The position numbers and the translations under genes were made by a program. Below are positions 26,961 to 40,321 of a stretch of DNA of 64,000 bases, one piece after another. Each line of letters opens with the position of its first letter. Positions within the stretch are counted from its first letter, which is position 1. The notes under the pieces are model-generated. The model made no database searches. It saw only the letters and a list, made by a program, of their open reading frames with translations, and had not been told where the DNA came from. Location: the NCBI RefSeq assembly GCF_009914755.1, contig NC_060929.1, one strand, 5' to 3'. Source of the stretch: the human T2T-CHM13v2.0 reference genome, Homo sapiens.

Positions 26961-28715
26961 GAAATACTCAATACTTTATCTTGACTTTAGATAGCCCAGT
27001 GACTATGTGCCTTGGTGATGATCTTTTGTGATGAATTTCCCAAGAGTCTTTGAGCTTTTTGTATTTGGATGTCTAGATCTCTAGCAAGGGAAGTTTTCTT
27101 CAATTACTTCCTCAAAGTTTTTCAAATTTTTAGATTTCTCTTGCTCAGGAACACCAATTATTCTTAGGTTTGGCCATTTTACATAATTCCATATTTCATG
27201 GATACTTTGTTCATTTTTTAAAACTCTTTTTTCTTTATCTGATTGGTTTAGTTCAAAAGTCTTATCTTCTAGCTCTGAAATTCTTTATTCTCCTTGTTCT
27301 AGCCTACTGTTGAAACTTTCCACTTTATTTTTTATTTCCCTAAGTGTGTCTTTAATTTCTAGAAGTTCTGATTTTTTTTCTACTATTTTTCTGGAAAGTT
27401 TTTTATTCATATCCTGGATTTTTTTAAGTTGGTTTATCCCTTTCTCTGGTATCTCCTTGAGTAGCCTAATAACCTTTGGAATTCTTTATTGGAAATTCAG
27501 AGATTTCTTCTTGGTCTGGATCCATTGCTGGGGAGCTTGTGTGATCTTTTTGGGGTACCATAGATCCCTGTTTTGTCATATTGTTAGATTTACTTTTCTG
27601 GTTTCTTTTCATTTGATTAGACCATTTCCTCAAATTGTTCTTGAATTTATTTTTGTTTGGACTATGTTTTTTTTTATTTCATTTTTCCTCTCAACGATTG
27701 GACTTTAATGATTATTTTAGCTTAATTTGATTTGTGGTGCCTTTAGGAGTGAAAACTTTGTATGTGTTTCTTAGTTGAAGGGATTATTTGTGTGCTGGCT
27801 TTCCCAGATGTGGTTGTAGTCGTTATGTTCTTGGGGTGTGGGAGAGTTCACTGTCTTCTTTGGGGATGAAATGGCAGAGATCTTTTGAAGCTTATCTCAT
27901 TCTCTCATGGTATACACTTAATTTTTTCCCAGTATTTTATTGACCAAACGATGATTCAGGCTTCAGGCCAATGGGAGAGGTATCCCTGGGTAGGGACTGG
28001 TTGTAGATAAGGCAGGTGGGTAGATATAATACTCAATGGTGGGCCAAGATCCCAGTCTTGATGAGGGTAGCTGGGGGAGCTCTCAATTAGATGTGCTGAG
28101 GTTTCATCAGGGTGAAGAGGGAGAGCTATCCCAGCTCCCCTGCCAGGCCAGCAGGAAAGCTATCCACCTCACAGCCTCATTCCTATTTTAGTGTTTTGGC
28201 TATTCAGATCAGACAGGCACCTCTTCTCATCTGTAGAAATGTTGATGTTCCAAGTAGGGAGGGATTGTGACTCTGCTTCTCATGCAGGTCTGACTCAGAT
28301 GTCTTTTTTCTTTTTCTTAAGATCTGATTATCTCGATTATCTCCTCCTGTGGGGTTGCCCTCATCCTGGATTGTTCCAGGAAGGCTGTCTGTAGGTGCAT
28401 CCATGCTGCATTCCTGTAGGAGAAGCCCCAGCTTTGTCTGCAGTGGTGTGCCAGAGGGGAACAAGGACCCCTTCTCCAAGTCCCTTCCTAATCAGAGAGG
28501 CTGCCTGCCTATTAGGGTAGAGGTGCAGACTTTCCCTACTGCCCCCAGCACTGCAGTTATGTCTCTGCTGTAAGAAACCTCCCACTGGCAGAAAGATCTG
28601 GGACTCAAGGTCTGCTGTTAAGATTATTTTGTCCCACGGGGTAATCCCTTGATGTGGTACTGTCCCCCTTCCCTTAGGAATGGGGCTTCCTGAGAGCCAG
28701 ACTGCAATGATTGTT

Positions 28716-29023
28716 TTGTTTTTTGTTTTGTTTTGTTTTTTGGACAGAGTTTTGCTCTTGTCACCCAGGCTGGAGTGCAGTGGCGTGATCTCGACTCAGT
28801 GCAACCTCTGCCTCCCCAGTTCAGGTGATTCTCCTGCCTCAACCTCCTGAGTAGCTGGGATTACAGGCATGCACCACCATGCCCAGCTAATTTTTGTATT
28901 TTTAGTAGAGAAGGGGTTTCACCATGTTGGCCAGTCTGGTCTCAAACTTCTGAACTCAGGTGATCTGCTGACCTCAGCCTCTCAAAGTGCTGGAATTACA
29001 GGCGTGAGCCACCGCACCCAGCC
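28716..29023 (-). mobile_element. AluS (Sq/Sx-like) nested in the L1 5' UTR, with (TTTTG)n tail
   Basis: Full Alu; perfect 17-bp TSD agactgcaatgattgtt (28699-28715 / 29024-29040). Confidence 0.95.
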
Positions 29024-30664
29024 AGACTGCAATGATTGTTCTGCTTTTCTGGGTCTAGCCACCCGTGGGACTACGAGGCTCTGGGCCGGTACTGGGGAAT
29101 ATCTACAAAGGGTCCAATGATGTGACTGTCTTCAGGTCTCCCAGCAGTGGATACCAGCATCTGCTCTGATGGAGGTAGCAGGGGAGTGACATAGACTCTG
29201 TGAGATTCCTCCATTGTAGATAGGCTAATGTGCTGGCTTTCTAGTATGCTAGTTATGCTAGTAGTGAAGTTGTCACAAGGACAGACTCAGGACCTCTGGT
29301 TAGCCAGCATGTTACAGGTGGTGGAATTGGCTGTTATTTTCTCTTTCTTGCGAGCAGTATTTCTTCGTCATGGGTTGCTGTAAAGGCCTGAGTTGGTTGG
29401 CCTCCAGCCAGGAGGTGGCGTTTGCAAGACAGCACCAGGTACAGTAGTAGCAGTGGGATTTGAGCTTATCCAAAGTTGGCCAGGGGAAGTATTCTGGTTT
29501 CTCAGGCATTGGGCGGGGCCATAAAGCTCCCCAAGAGTTTATGTCCTTTGTGTTAAGCTACCAGGGCAGGTAGAGAAATACCATCAGGTGGGGTCAGGGT
29601 TAGGCGGGTCTGAGCACAGACTCTCTCTCCTTGGGCAGGGTGTGCTGTGGCCACTGTGGGGGATAGGGGTGGTTTTCAGACTGCTGGGGTAATGTTCCAC
29701 AGGGGAGAATAACTGCCACTGTTGTACAGAAGAGTTCACAAGGGGAGTAGTGAGTAGCAGGCTGTGATAGGTCCCACCTAGCTCCCATGCAGTTGGTGAA
29801 GCTGGTCTAACTCCCACAGTGCCCTATTAACAGCAACGGGTTTAGATCCAGGCAGCCTGCACACAGAACTTAGACCTGCCCCAGGCCAGAAGCTTCCTTG
29901 CAGAGATAACAAGCAGGGCTTTCAGACCACGCTCCTTCCTATATGCCTGTAATGCCAGGCACCTAGCTCCTGCATGTGTATCTGCAGCACTTCCTGCTCA
30001 CTCACAGATTCTGTTCAGGAGAGTTCATCCCACTCAAAATTATATCACAGAATTCAGTTGGGGGTGTCTTTCAATGATGGGTATTTTGAACCACAGATCA
30101 AAGTTAAAATTTTTGTGACTTACAACAAATATAAAGTTAGGTTAATTTTTACATTGCAATCAGTTTGGAAAACAGTGTCTCTTTTCTGGTCGAGAAAGAA
30201 CCACTCACTCTGCTCTAATCATTCTCTCTCTGTTCTCGCTGTCATCATTACAGACCCTAATGCTTCCAGATGTTGAATTTCTGAAATGGCATCTCTCTAG
30301 TAAGTTGGGGAGTGGGGATTTGGACCAGGCAGATACCAAAACCATAGCCTATTCACATGCTCTACTGCCTTCCCCAAACACCATTCTAACGGTGATCCAG
30401 AGTAAACTGGGTTGGGAAACAAGTCCCATGAACTAAGCAGAAGAACAAAGGCCCACGTTGGTGGCTGACCACCTTGAAACCTCAGTTTAGCACTTGGTTG
30501 GTGAGCATTAGCAAGCCCCTGTCTCTTTGTGCCTCCGCCTTCTTGTTTCCAAAATGAGGCTAAGGATTCCTGCCCTACTACCTGTACAGTATTAGTGTGG
30601 CAATCATGTAGGATGGCAAATCTAAAATCATTTTGAACAGCTAAAAGGGGCTTACATCAGTTAT

Positions 30665-31175
30665 TACTCTTTTAGTTGTATGTGATATTAGGCAAAAAAG
30701 TCTTTTATCAGGGCAGAAAGCTGACAGCACCAAGCAATGGCCTGTCACCATATGCAGCTTGATAATAGGGTAAACATTGTCAACACAAGTTGGTTTCTCC
30801 CTGTGCATGTTTCAGGCCCCATTTTTCTTTATGTAAGCCCCTTTCCCAAAGTGTCTCCCCTTGTGGTTACAAGATGGCTATAGTAATTGTTGACCTTGAC
30901 CTTGTTGTCTCAATGTCCAATACCTCAGGAAAGGCAGAGACAGCTGCTTACATAGCTAAAACTGAGATTCCCAGAATCAAGTCTCATTGCTCATGATTGG
31001 CCTCCAATGGGTAACATGACTGGCTATAAACCAATCCCAGTTACCAGGAGATGCCAAATGCTCATTGGCTAGGCCCAGGCCACGTGCCACTCCTGCAGCT
31101 GAGGATACCATCAGAGCCACCTGGAAAGGCAGTATGGAAGGTGTGCATCTCTAGCTGGCTAATACCAGAAGAAGG
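30665..31175 (-). mobile_element. Ancient MaLR LTR (MLT1J-like), degraded
   Basis: caagatggcta..., ctcatgattggcc..., gctcattggctaggcccaggccacgtgccactcctgcagct motifs. Confidence 0.45.
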
Positions 31176-34100
31176 ATGATTATGTTGGTAAAGAAGTTTC
31201 AGTGACATCTTCTGAATGCTGTGTGTGTGTAAAGTAGTCTTATTAAAACATCATGATCTAAGAAAGCAGTATGTTCCATAAACTGATTGGAGTAAGGCAA
31301 AACTAAGATACACTTTTCTGAACAGAGTTTAGATGGGAGGGATGGCTCCCCGCACAAGCATACCATTTATTAAACACACAGAGGGGAAATGTAATTCAGT
31401 GATGGTGAGGCTCCCTCCCTCTCCAGTCCCATTTAAGCCTTTATTTTTCAGCCCTTGTCATATTGGCCCACTTAGGGAAGGGTAACTACAGAAGGTAATT
31501 ACTAAGATAGTATTTAATTAGTTTTGGTTTCAAATAAAGGTATTTGCTGCAAACCCGGCCAGCGATGCTGATAGACATTAATGAATGAAGCCGTATGATT
31601 AAAACATCTGGCACTGTCAGGCAGGGTAGATTCAGGGTGGGGATTGGCCTGTCACTGGGAATGTGATGATGGCCACAGAAAACCAAATTAGCCAAACTTA
31701 ATGTTTCCCTAATCATTAGGCGATTGAGTTGACAGTGATTGGTCACAAACATGCACCGGTGAGCAGTAATGAAGTTGCTACCAGATCAGTTCAGCATAGG
31801 TTTTTCAGGCTAATTAGCTAGACAAAAATGTTAATTTAATCAAAGAAACATGTATTCATTAAAGGTGTATAAGAGAGCTGGAGGAGAAAATTGGCTCAGT
31901 CATTGAGGAGGCAAAATTATAGCTGCCAAGCAAGTCATCTTGCTTCATAAAATCATTCCTCAATTTATACTATCTCTTAGAAAAGTCTAGTTACACTTAA
32001 GCGTGTCATGTGGACTTTTTTCTTAAGATCTGATTATTGTAAAGGAAAGATCATCTGCAGAGCAATGTAGAATAAAAGCAAATACTTAACTCATTTTATC
32101 CCCAGAGGATTAATTAATTCCTGTAGAAATGTTCTTTTATTTTGATTCATAGACTGTAGGAATAGAAACAGTTCTTAGGGATTATCTAATTCATGCCATT
32201 CTATTTACAAGAAGAAAATGAGACACAGAAAGGCGGTATTACTTGCTCAGGGCTACACAGCTTAACGCATTTTAATTTGTGCCCTAGACACAAAGATTCC
32301 CTGTGTAGTTAGTGGCGTGCAACTTGTGAATTAAACATTGGAAATGGGATTTCCCCCTTTGCAGTATATTCCCCTGAGGATATACTAAGGACATCCTCAG
32401 ATATTTTTACAGAGAGACATTCATCTCAAAAGATGACAATCTGTCTGTACTTGTAATTGTGAAGAAAATGAAAAATCTGTATGATGGACAAATACAATTT
32501 GACTGTTTATTTCTTGGTGTGGAATCATATATGTGGAAGTGCTAGAAGTAATAAGTGCTATTTAGATATCAGCTGTTGCTACATCAGGGGCTAAAATTAT
32601 TTTCTGTATCCGCTCTTGAATATCTCTTTTGCAGGTGATAGGGAGATGTAGACTTTCCTTTGCAAGTTCTGTATCCTGTTATTAATACTATGATAGACCT
32701 CCTGAGTCCATGTATGCTAATATGCATGGGCTACTAACTGTTTAAAAAATTAATGTATTGATTTGTCCATCTGTTTATTAATTCCATTAATACTTCTGAA
32801 GAGAGGTTGTGGTGATACATTGTTCAACTCAGGCCTTTGTAAAATTCTCTCTGGATTGGGACAGGGAGAAACCCTTAACTCCCAATGTTTACGCAGGCTA
32901 CCTTCTGTCCAAGATGCTGTTTGCCGTTATCTTGAGCTGGTAAAATTCTATTCATCTTTCAGCACTCAGTTTGAATATTCTTTCCTCCAAGTAGCTCTCC
33001 CAAGTTCCCAGACCAAGTGTGGACCCCACCTGTGTGCCCCTAGCACCCAAAGCCTACACTTATCAGGGTAGCTATCACTCCATTTGTCTGTAGCCTGTTT
33101 GTTCACCTGTCACTCACCGGGCCACAGTTTCTCAATGTGGACCAGGTACCACCCACAGCAAAACTGCCTGGATTCTTTGTCAAAAATTTGAATTGATTTT
33201 ATGTGATCCACATTTAATCGGAGGGGAAGAGGTGTAAAATGGATTTTGGTCAATTTCTTAGGTTATCACACACTATAAGATTTTAAAATGCTATGTTGTT
33301 CTCTCAGCTAGCTGAAACATGGATAGGCCCACAGAAAGTGCTCAAGATGTATTTGTTGAATGAATAAATGAATGAATGATTGCACAAACAAATGGGTTCT
33401 TATCATATTGAAATCAGTTGTCAAGTCATATAGTCAGAACTTTCCCAAGGAATTTGACTCACGGCTTTGCTAGTGTAGGATTCTGTTCCTTATCTCTGAT
33501 GCTGTAGAACCTTAGGAGTTATAATATTGTGGAAGCTAAAAGGGCCCTTGAAGATCATCCAATCCACTCCTGTGATGGAGATGACCAGATGTAAAGAGGC
33601 TTGCCTAAGATTACAAAGCACGTTAATGACAGAGACTAAATCAGAATCCACATTTCCGTGTGAGTCCATTGCCTTTCCTATTATATCATGCTCCTGCTGC
33701 AGTGGCTAAATTTACCCTGTGAAGAAGCAAAGGTATTCTTGCTCTGGTACCTTGAAGGAAATGTCCAAACTCTCTGGTTTTATAAAGATTTAGAAACAAA
33801 TCAAATTTTTGATAGTTGACATGTAACCACCCCTCCCAGAGACCCCTCCTTTATAGCTAACCAACTCAGCCAAGTCTGATACATGGAAAGGTGCTCATGA
33901 AAGTGTCAGGGTGCTGATTATTTCAAGTTGTAAAAATCAATTAGGAATTCCAGCCACATAGAATTGGAGCATCTTATGGACAGAAAAGTCCTGGCTGTCA
34001 TTTCATTCAAATCCTCTGTGTCCCATATTTTTTTTTATTCCCATTCATTTCTCACAGTTGTTGCTACGTTCAAATACCAAACATTATCCTTTAAAATAAC

Positions 34101-36457
34101 TTTTAAAGAAAGATTGAGTTCATCCTGATTAGTAGTATTCATGGAATCTTGTGTTTGATGTGCTAGTTTTCTTTCTAATACTTATTTTAAAGTATTATTT
34201 TAATTGCCATCCTTGTACCATGTAAGTCATCTTACATGTAATCAATGGTACATATGTTGTGGTTTGGGATGCAACTTCCTCATTATTTTAGTTGGATTCT
34301 GTCATCTTCCCATTATACTTCAAAGGGGAGTATTCATACCTTTTCAGAAGAAATGTTTTATGGTCTAATTTAAATGAAAATAAAGATGTTATCCTAGAGT
34401 CATCTTAGTTCCTCTGAAGTATTGTCTATGGCAAAGGAGAGCTGACAGTCTTATTTTGAAATCATGCCCTGAGCTATTTGGTTATTATTAAAGAATGACA
34501 GATGGCACAAAGGATGCTAAGGTAGAAATTAAGGTTTCTTTGTAGGTTTGGCAAATGTTATAGCATACAAGGGCTGTTTCAGTGCTGTGATTGAACAATG
34601 CAAACAGTATTGCATTAGCATCTAAATTTTACATCATTTTCAAGAAAACAGAGTCCCGGTAACAGATGGACAAGACTGATATTTATCTAGCAACAAAGGG
34701 GAGTCACAATTTGACTGCTGGATACTTAAATCTCAGCCAACAGGGGAGATGGCAATTCAGGGAAATTGAAGAGGAGATAGCTAGTGTCACTCTTTTGGAG
34801 AGGGAAGAAAATATATATGTGTTTTTTAACTTTTGGAAATGATAGCCAAGTTCAAGTTTTGGAATCACCTCTGTGATTTATTACAAGTGGATATTTGAAT
34901 GAGCATTTCAGATCATTTCCAGATACACATTTTCTAGGTTTGATGCAGAGAAGCTGTGAGAATCCTTGAAGCTGAAGGAACATTACATTTAGAGGGATTG
35001 AAGGCTTATGCCTAAGCATGCTACCTGGAGGATACATTGGGGAGGCTGGATTTGCAACTTTAAAATGGCACCACACTCAATTGGAAATTTAAGTATCTCC
35101 GTTAGGGTTTTGAATTAGGAGAGAGCATATTTGTCAGATGTGAGGACAGTAGGAAATCAAGCATTTTTGGAAAACCATAAATGAGTTAATGTAGTGTTCA
35201 GGACAAGCTGTGAACTGGCCTCTAAAAGGAGGTTTGTAGTAATAACCTGCTGTAAAAATTACCACTGCTTTTCTGGCGGTTTTGACCATATGCTCCTGCT
35301 CTGAGAGCTGACATTTTCTGGCAGTCACTGTAGCTTAAGGACCTATTATTCTGTGTGGTGGACTTTGGCTCCGTTTTCTGTGTGCTTTCAGGTGGGCAAT
35401 TTGCAGCAAGGGAGGGAAGCCAATGGGAAGTTAAGTCAAGATGGAAGGATCTTTTTCAAAAGGTTGTTTTTTTCATGCACAGCAGCAAAGACAACAGAGC
35501 CAAAGAGAGGTGTTTATGTTTCTACATGGTAGAAAAGAAACTCCACTTCAACTCCCACCTTTCCCAGGACACTTTCTTTTAGCTCCTCCAGCTCATGCTG
35601 TTCTCTCCTGTTTATAAAATTGCAAAGTACCTGTAATCTCTATTACAGTGTTTAGCGATTAATCATATTCTACCAACTCTTTTCTTTTCTCCTCCATTCT
35701 TCACAGGGAAACTTAACCAAATGGTGTCCCATTTTCAACATTTTTGAAAGTCTTTTGTACCTTCTATGGCACCTAGTTTAATTATGACAGCCAAGTAGGC
35801 TAACAGTAATAATAATAGCTGCAGTAGTAATTGTGATAACAGTCATAACAACTCAACATGAACTAAATGCATTTAAGGTGGTAAAGGCTGTTTAAGCTTT
35901 CAAAGAATTAAGTCTTTTAATCAAACAAACCTGAGAGAGTTACTGTTATTTCCTACATTTGACAAATTGTAGGGGCATTGAAGGCAAGAAATGTTAAGAA
36001 ATTGCTCAAAATCAGAGCAAGTACTTAAGCTCAGGCAAATATTCTGTCTTCAGAGACCCCACTCCAAACCACTGGGCTCTTTCCCTAGGTCATGAAAAAT
36101 AAGTAATAGCAGCTAACCTTGATAGAGACGTGAGACTGCTCCAGGCACTATTCCAAGGACCTTCAAGGTATAATCCCATTTAATACAGCAACCCAGTGAA
36201 GGAGGTGCCCTTTGCAACCCCTTTTTCCATTTGAGGAAACTGAGTTTCAGGGAGATTATTAGTTGCTCTGTGTAATGCAGCCAGTAAGTGAAAGAGCTGA
36301 GGAGTGTCTTATCTTAATCATTGTGTGACATTGTGCTTCAGGACGTACTTGAATTTACCTGGATGGCAAACAAATATTATTTACTTGACGACTCCTTCTT
36401 GGGGAAACTTAGTACTTAAGAGAAATGGATTGTTCCTGGTTTTCTTTCTTTATCTAG

Positions 36458-36716
36458 GGTAGAGTTTCTCACTACATTTTTAAATTATTGCCCCCCTCAG
36501 GAGCCTGTTTAAATCTTTTTGCATAATTGCCCCCTACTCCCCACCATGGTGGGGTTAACATTCCATGGTGAAATGTTAATACCATGAATATACTGCATAG
36601 CTATTTAGGTACTACATGAATATCTGCGCTTTATACATGAGAAGAGTAAGAAATTTTAACCATCAGGAAACAGTTCTTATCCTTTGGGGACAATGTTACA
36701 CCAATAAGAATGCATG
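36458..36716. mobile_element. Degraded hAT-type MITE (subfamily uncertain)
   Basis: gtttctca...attattgcccccct.aggagcct...gctttatacat.agaagagtaaga...gagaatgcatg-like layout. Confidence 0.55.
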
Positions 36717-36972
36717 GAAGCTGCTTTAGCATGAACTCTTGAAAAGCAATGCATAGGAACATTTTGATTAAAGTGAGAGCTCACTGTGCAGGATGCTCCA
36801 CTTAATTAGCCAGGAATCCTTTATGTTTATACCATTAATGAATATCTTGTTGTATCAGATTGTTGTGGAAAAAAAATCATGGAAATCAGCAAGATTTCCC
36901 ATTTGTGCCTTTCACTCTATCTTTTGATGCCCAGAAAGCATTGGAAACCCATCCTACAGAAAGTCAGTGCAG

Positions 36973-38026
36973 TTTTTTTAATTGAGGTGAAATTCACACA
37001 ACATAAAAATAACCACTTTAAAGTGAACGATTCAGTGGCATTTGGTATATTCAAAATGTTGTCTAGCTGCCATCTCCATCTAATTCTAAAGCACTTTCAT
37101 CATCCCGAAAGAAAACCCCATGCCCACTTAATCATTCCCCAATCTCCCCCTCCCTGTAGTCATTGGCAACCTACCAATCTACATCTGTCTCTATGAATTT
37201 ACCTATTTCAGATATCAATATGTCATATAGATGAAATCATACAACATTTGGCTTTTGGTGTCTGGTTTCTTTAACATAGCCTAATGTTTCATCCATCAGT
37301 ACTTTATTCTTTTTTATTGCTGACTAATATTTCTTTTTGTGGATTATGCCACATTTTGTTTATCCATTTATCAGTTGATGGGCATTTGGGTTGTTTCTGC
37401 TTTTTAGCTATTATAAATAATGCTACGATGAACAACATTTGTGTACACATTTCTGTGTGGCATATGTTTTTAATTCCCTTAAGCATAGAGTGGAATTGCT
37501 GGGTTATATGGCAACTCCAGGTTTAACTTATTGAGGAACTGCTGTACTATTTTCTGTTATGGCTGTACTATTTGGCATCTCCACCAGCAATATAAAAGGG
37601 TTCTAGTTTTTTCACATCCTGGCCAACACTTATTATTCATCTTTTTTATTATTGCCATCCTAGTGGGTGTGAAGTGGTACTTCATTGTGTTTTGATTTGC
37701 ATTTCCCTATTGATGAATGATAATTGAGCATAATTTCCTGCACTTATTGGCCATGTGATATACCTCCTTCAGAGAAACATCTATTCAAATCCTTTTCTCC
37801 TTTTTTAAAATCAGTTTGCCTTTTTATTAAGTTGTAAGAATTCTTTATATATTCTAGATACTAGACCCTTATCAGATATGAATTACCAATATTATCTTCC
37901 ATTCTGTGAGTCATCTTTATACTTTCTTGGTGATATTTTTGAAGCACAGTAGTTGTAAATTTTGGCCAAGTAAAATTCATTGATTTTTATTTGGTTATTG
38001 TTTGTGCTTTTGGTGTCATATCTAAG
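36973..38026 (-). mobile_element. L1MB-type 3' fragment
   Basis: ttaattgaggtgaaattcacacaacataaa 3' UTR; antisense translation EMCTQMLFIVALFIIAKKQKQPKCPSTDKWINKMW is the ORF2 C-terminus. Confidence 0.9.
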
Positions 38027-38261
38027 ATGTACTGGCATTTCAATGGGACTCTTACAGCTATTAGATCCTTAACCTACAGGATTGAAACTTTAATATTGTG
38101 ATTTTAAGCCCCCTGGTAGGTGGCGTCAGGAGCAGTGTTGGTGGGAGTGGCTTTGGAGCAGCATCTTTCTAGTTGATACATTATCACCGTCCTACTCTGA
38201 GCATGGTAAAGCCTCCATGAGGACATGGAAGATTCACCTCTAACAAGCGTAATACATTGGT

Positions 38262-38480
38262 CATAGACACAGCGTTGGAGGCAAATAGACCTGAGTTTCA
38301 ATCCAGCATTTACTTGCTAGCTGCATGTCCTTGAGCAAATTTAACATATGTCTCATAATTTTTGTATTCTTTAAAGGGAGGATAATAATACTCTCCTTCA
38401 TGGGGACGTTTTGTAAATAGCTAAATATCACATGTGATACATAGTGCATGCTTGATAAATGTTATCATTGTCATCTATAT
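38262..38480 (+). mobile_element. MIR SINE
   Basis: agacctgagtttcaatccagc...acttgctagctgcatgtccttgagcaaatttaac core. Confidence 0.75.
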
Positions 38481-39871
38481 TGTTAATAATTATTACTGTA
38501 TTCTTTACTAATCATTACATATGGTACAGAACTAAAAATGATCATTTCCACATTCAGTGGTTCTGCATTGTCTATGCAACATTTCTTCTCTATTAGTGTG
38601 ACTAATTGAAAGATGATTGCACAGATAAACCTCCTTTATTTTCAATCAAAATTTGCTATTGCCATGTAGCTTAGTTATATCTTTCTCCATGGGTTTTATA
38701 ATGAGACGTCTATTGGTCACCTGTATAAGTATAGAGAAAGTTAGCCTAGAAATGTGTGTGGAATCTAGCCAAGGCCATTTCCTTACTTTAGCTCTCTGCA
38801 ATTTATTATTAGGACATCATGAAACCTTGGGGGTTAATTTCATTTACTTCCTGAGTGCTGCAAATGAATAAGTTGCTCAGAGTCACCTGAGGTGGAAATG
38901 GCTGATTTGCGTGGAAGAAATGACTGTGACTGTGCACTCACTGTCATCAGGGCACTTTTCTAACTGTGAAGTTAACTCCTTATCCAAGGAAGGAGGTAGC
39001 AGGCAGCTGTTTGGGAGGAGGTGGTTCTAAATCTGGCAGTCCACTTTGGCCTCAAATAATGGTGTACTTGCTTAGATGGCAGTAACAATTTAACAGGGTC
39101 TAGAAAGAGGAAATAATAGATTTAGCTCAGAATTCAGCCGCAGGGTTGTTTTTTCAGGGCAGAGCAGTGATCGAGTGTAATCACTTTAAGAAATTGTGCG
39201 TTGTTTTTCTTTATTCTCTGAGCTGATGAAATGTATGCAAATCAGCTGAGTAAGTTCTGCAGGTGTGGCTGGGTTAACAAGTAAGGATGCTAAAGACACT
39301 CCCTACCCCAGAAGTCTGGCTAACAGAGTAGAAAGGGCTATGAGACGAAATTGGTTTACATTGGTTTAAACCGCTCTACCATTTCCCATCTCTGGACCTT
39401 TTGTAAGTCCCCACGTCTCTGGAAGTCAATTTCTTCAACTGTAGAGTTAAAAAATTCTGTTGGTGGTTGTTAAATTATTTCATTTTTAAAAAGACAATGC
39501 ATATATACTGCAGCATGAAATTCAAACGTACAAGTGTATATTTCAGTCCACAGTAGGCAGGCACTTTTGTAGCCTGCTCATTTCTCTTTCCATTGTATTT
39601 TGAGCAAATATTTCCATAGGTTTCCAAGTCATTTTTGTAACTATCATTTATATTCTTCACTAATAGGTCTGTTTGTCCTAGCTGTTCATCAAGATAAAAG
39701 CCCTTTGTCTTCTATTATAAATGCTTTGAATTTTATTTAAGTTAATAAACATACTTTGTATATTTACCTTGTATCAGGTACCATGGAATGTATTCAGGAT
39801 TATGATAGAAAATAACACAGAAAATGTCCTTGCCCTTACAGGGCTTATGTTCTAGTGGAGGATGTAGATAG

Positions 39872-40321
<450 letters not shown>

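Larger units (their letters stand above)
22571..30073 (-). mobile_element. Near-full-length, inactive L1PB-type LINE-1 (3' UTR, ORF2, ORF1, long 5' UTR)
   Basis: Continuous antisense L1 homology; L1PB 3' UTR at left; ORF2 and ORF1 peptide remnants; probable decayed TSD atgacgggtttttt (22557-22570) / atgatgggtatttt (30074-30087). Confidence 0.95.

Noticed and set aside
24393-27708. Reverse transcriptase ORF as a possible active or novel retro-system
   Set aside because: Ordinary LINE-1 ORF2/ORF1 remnants broken by stops, frameshifts and deletions; the catalytic motif is decayed. The + strand hydrophobic ORFs are antisense L1 artefacts.
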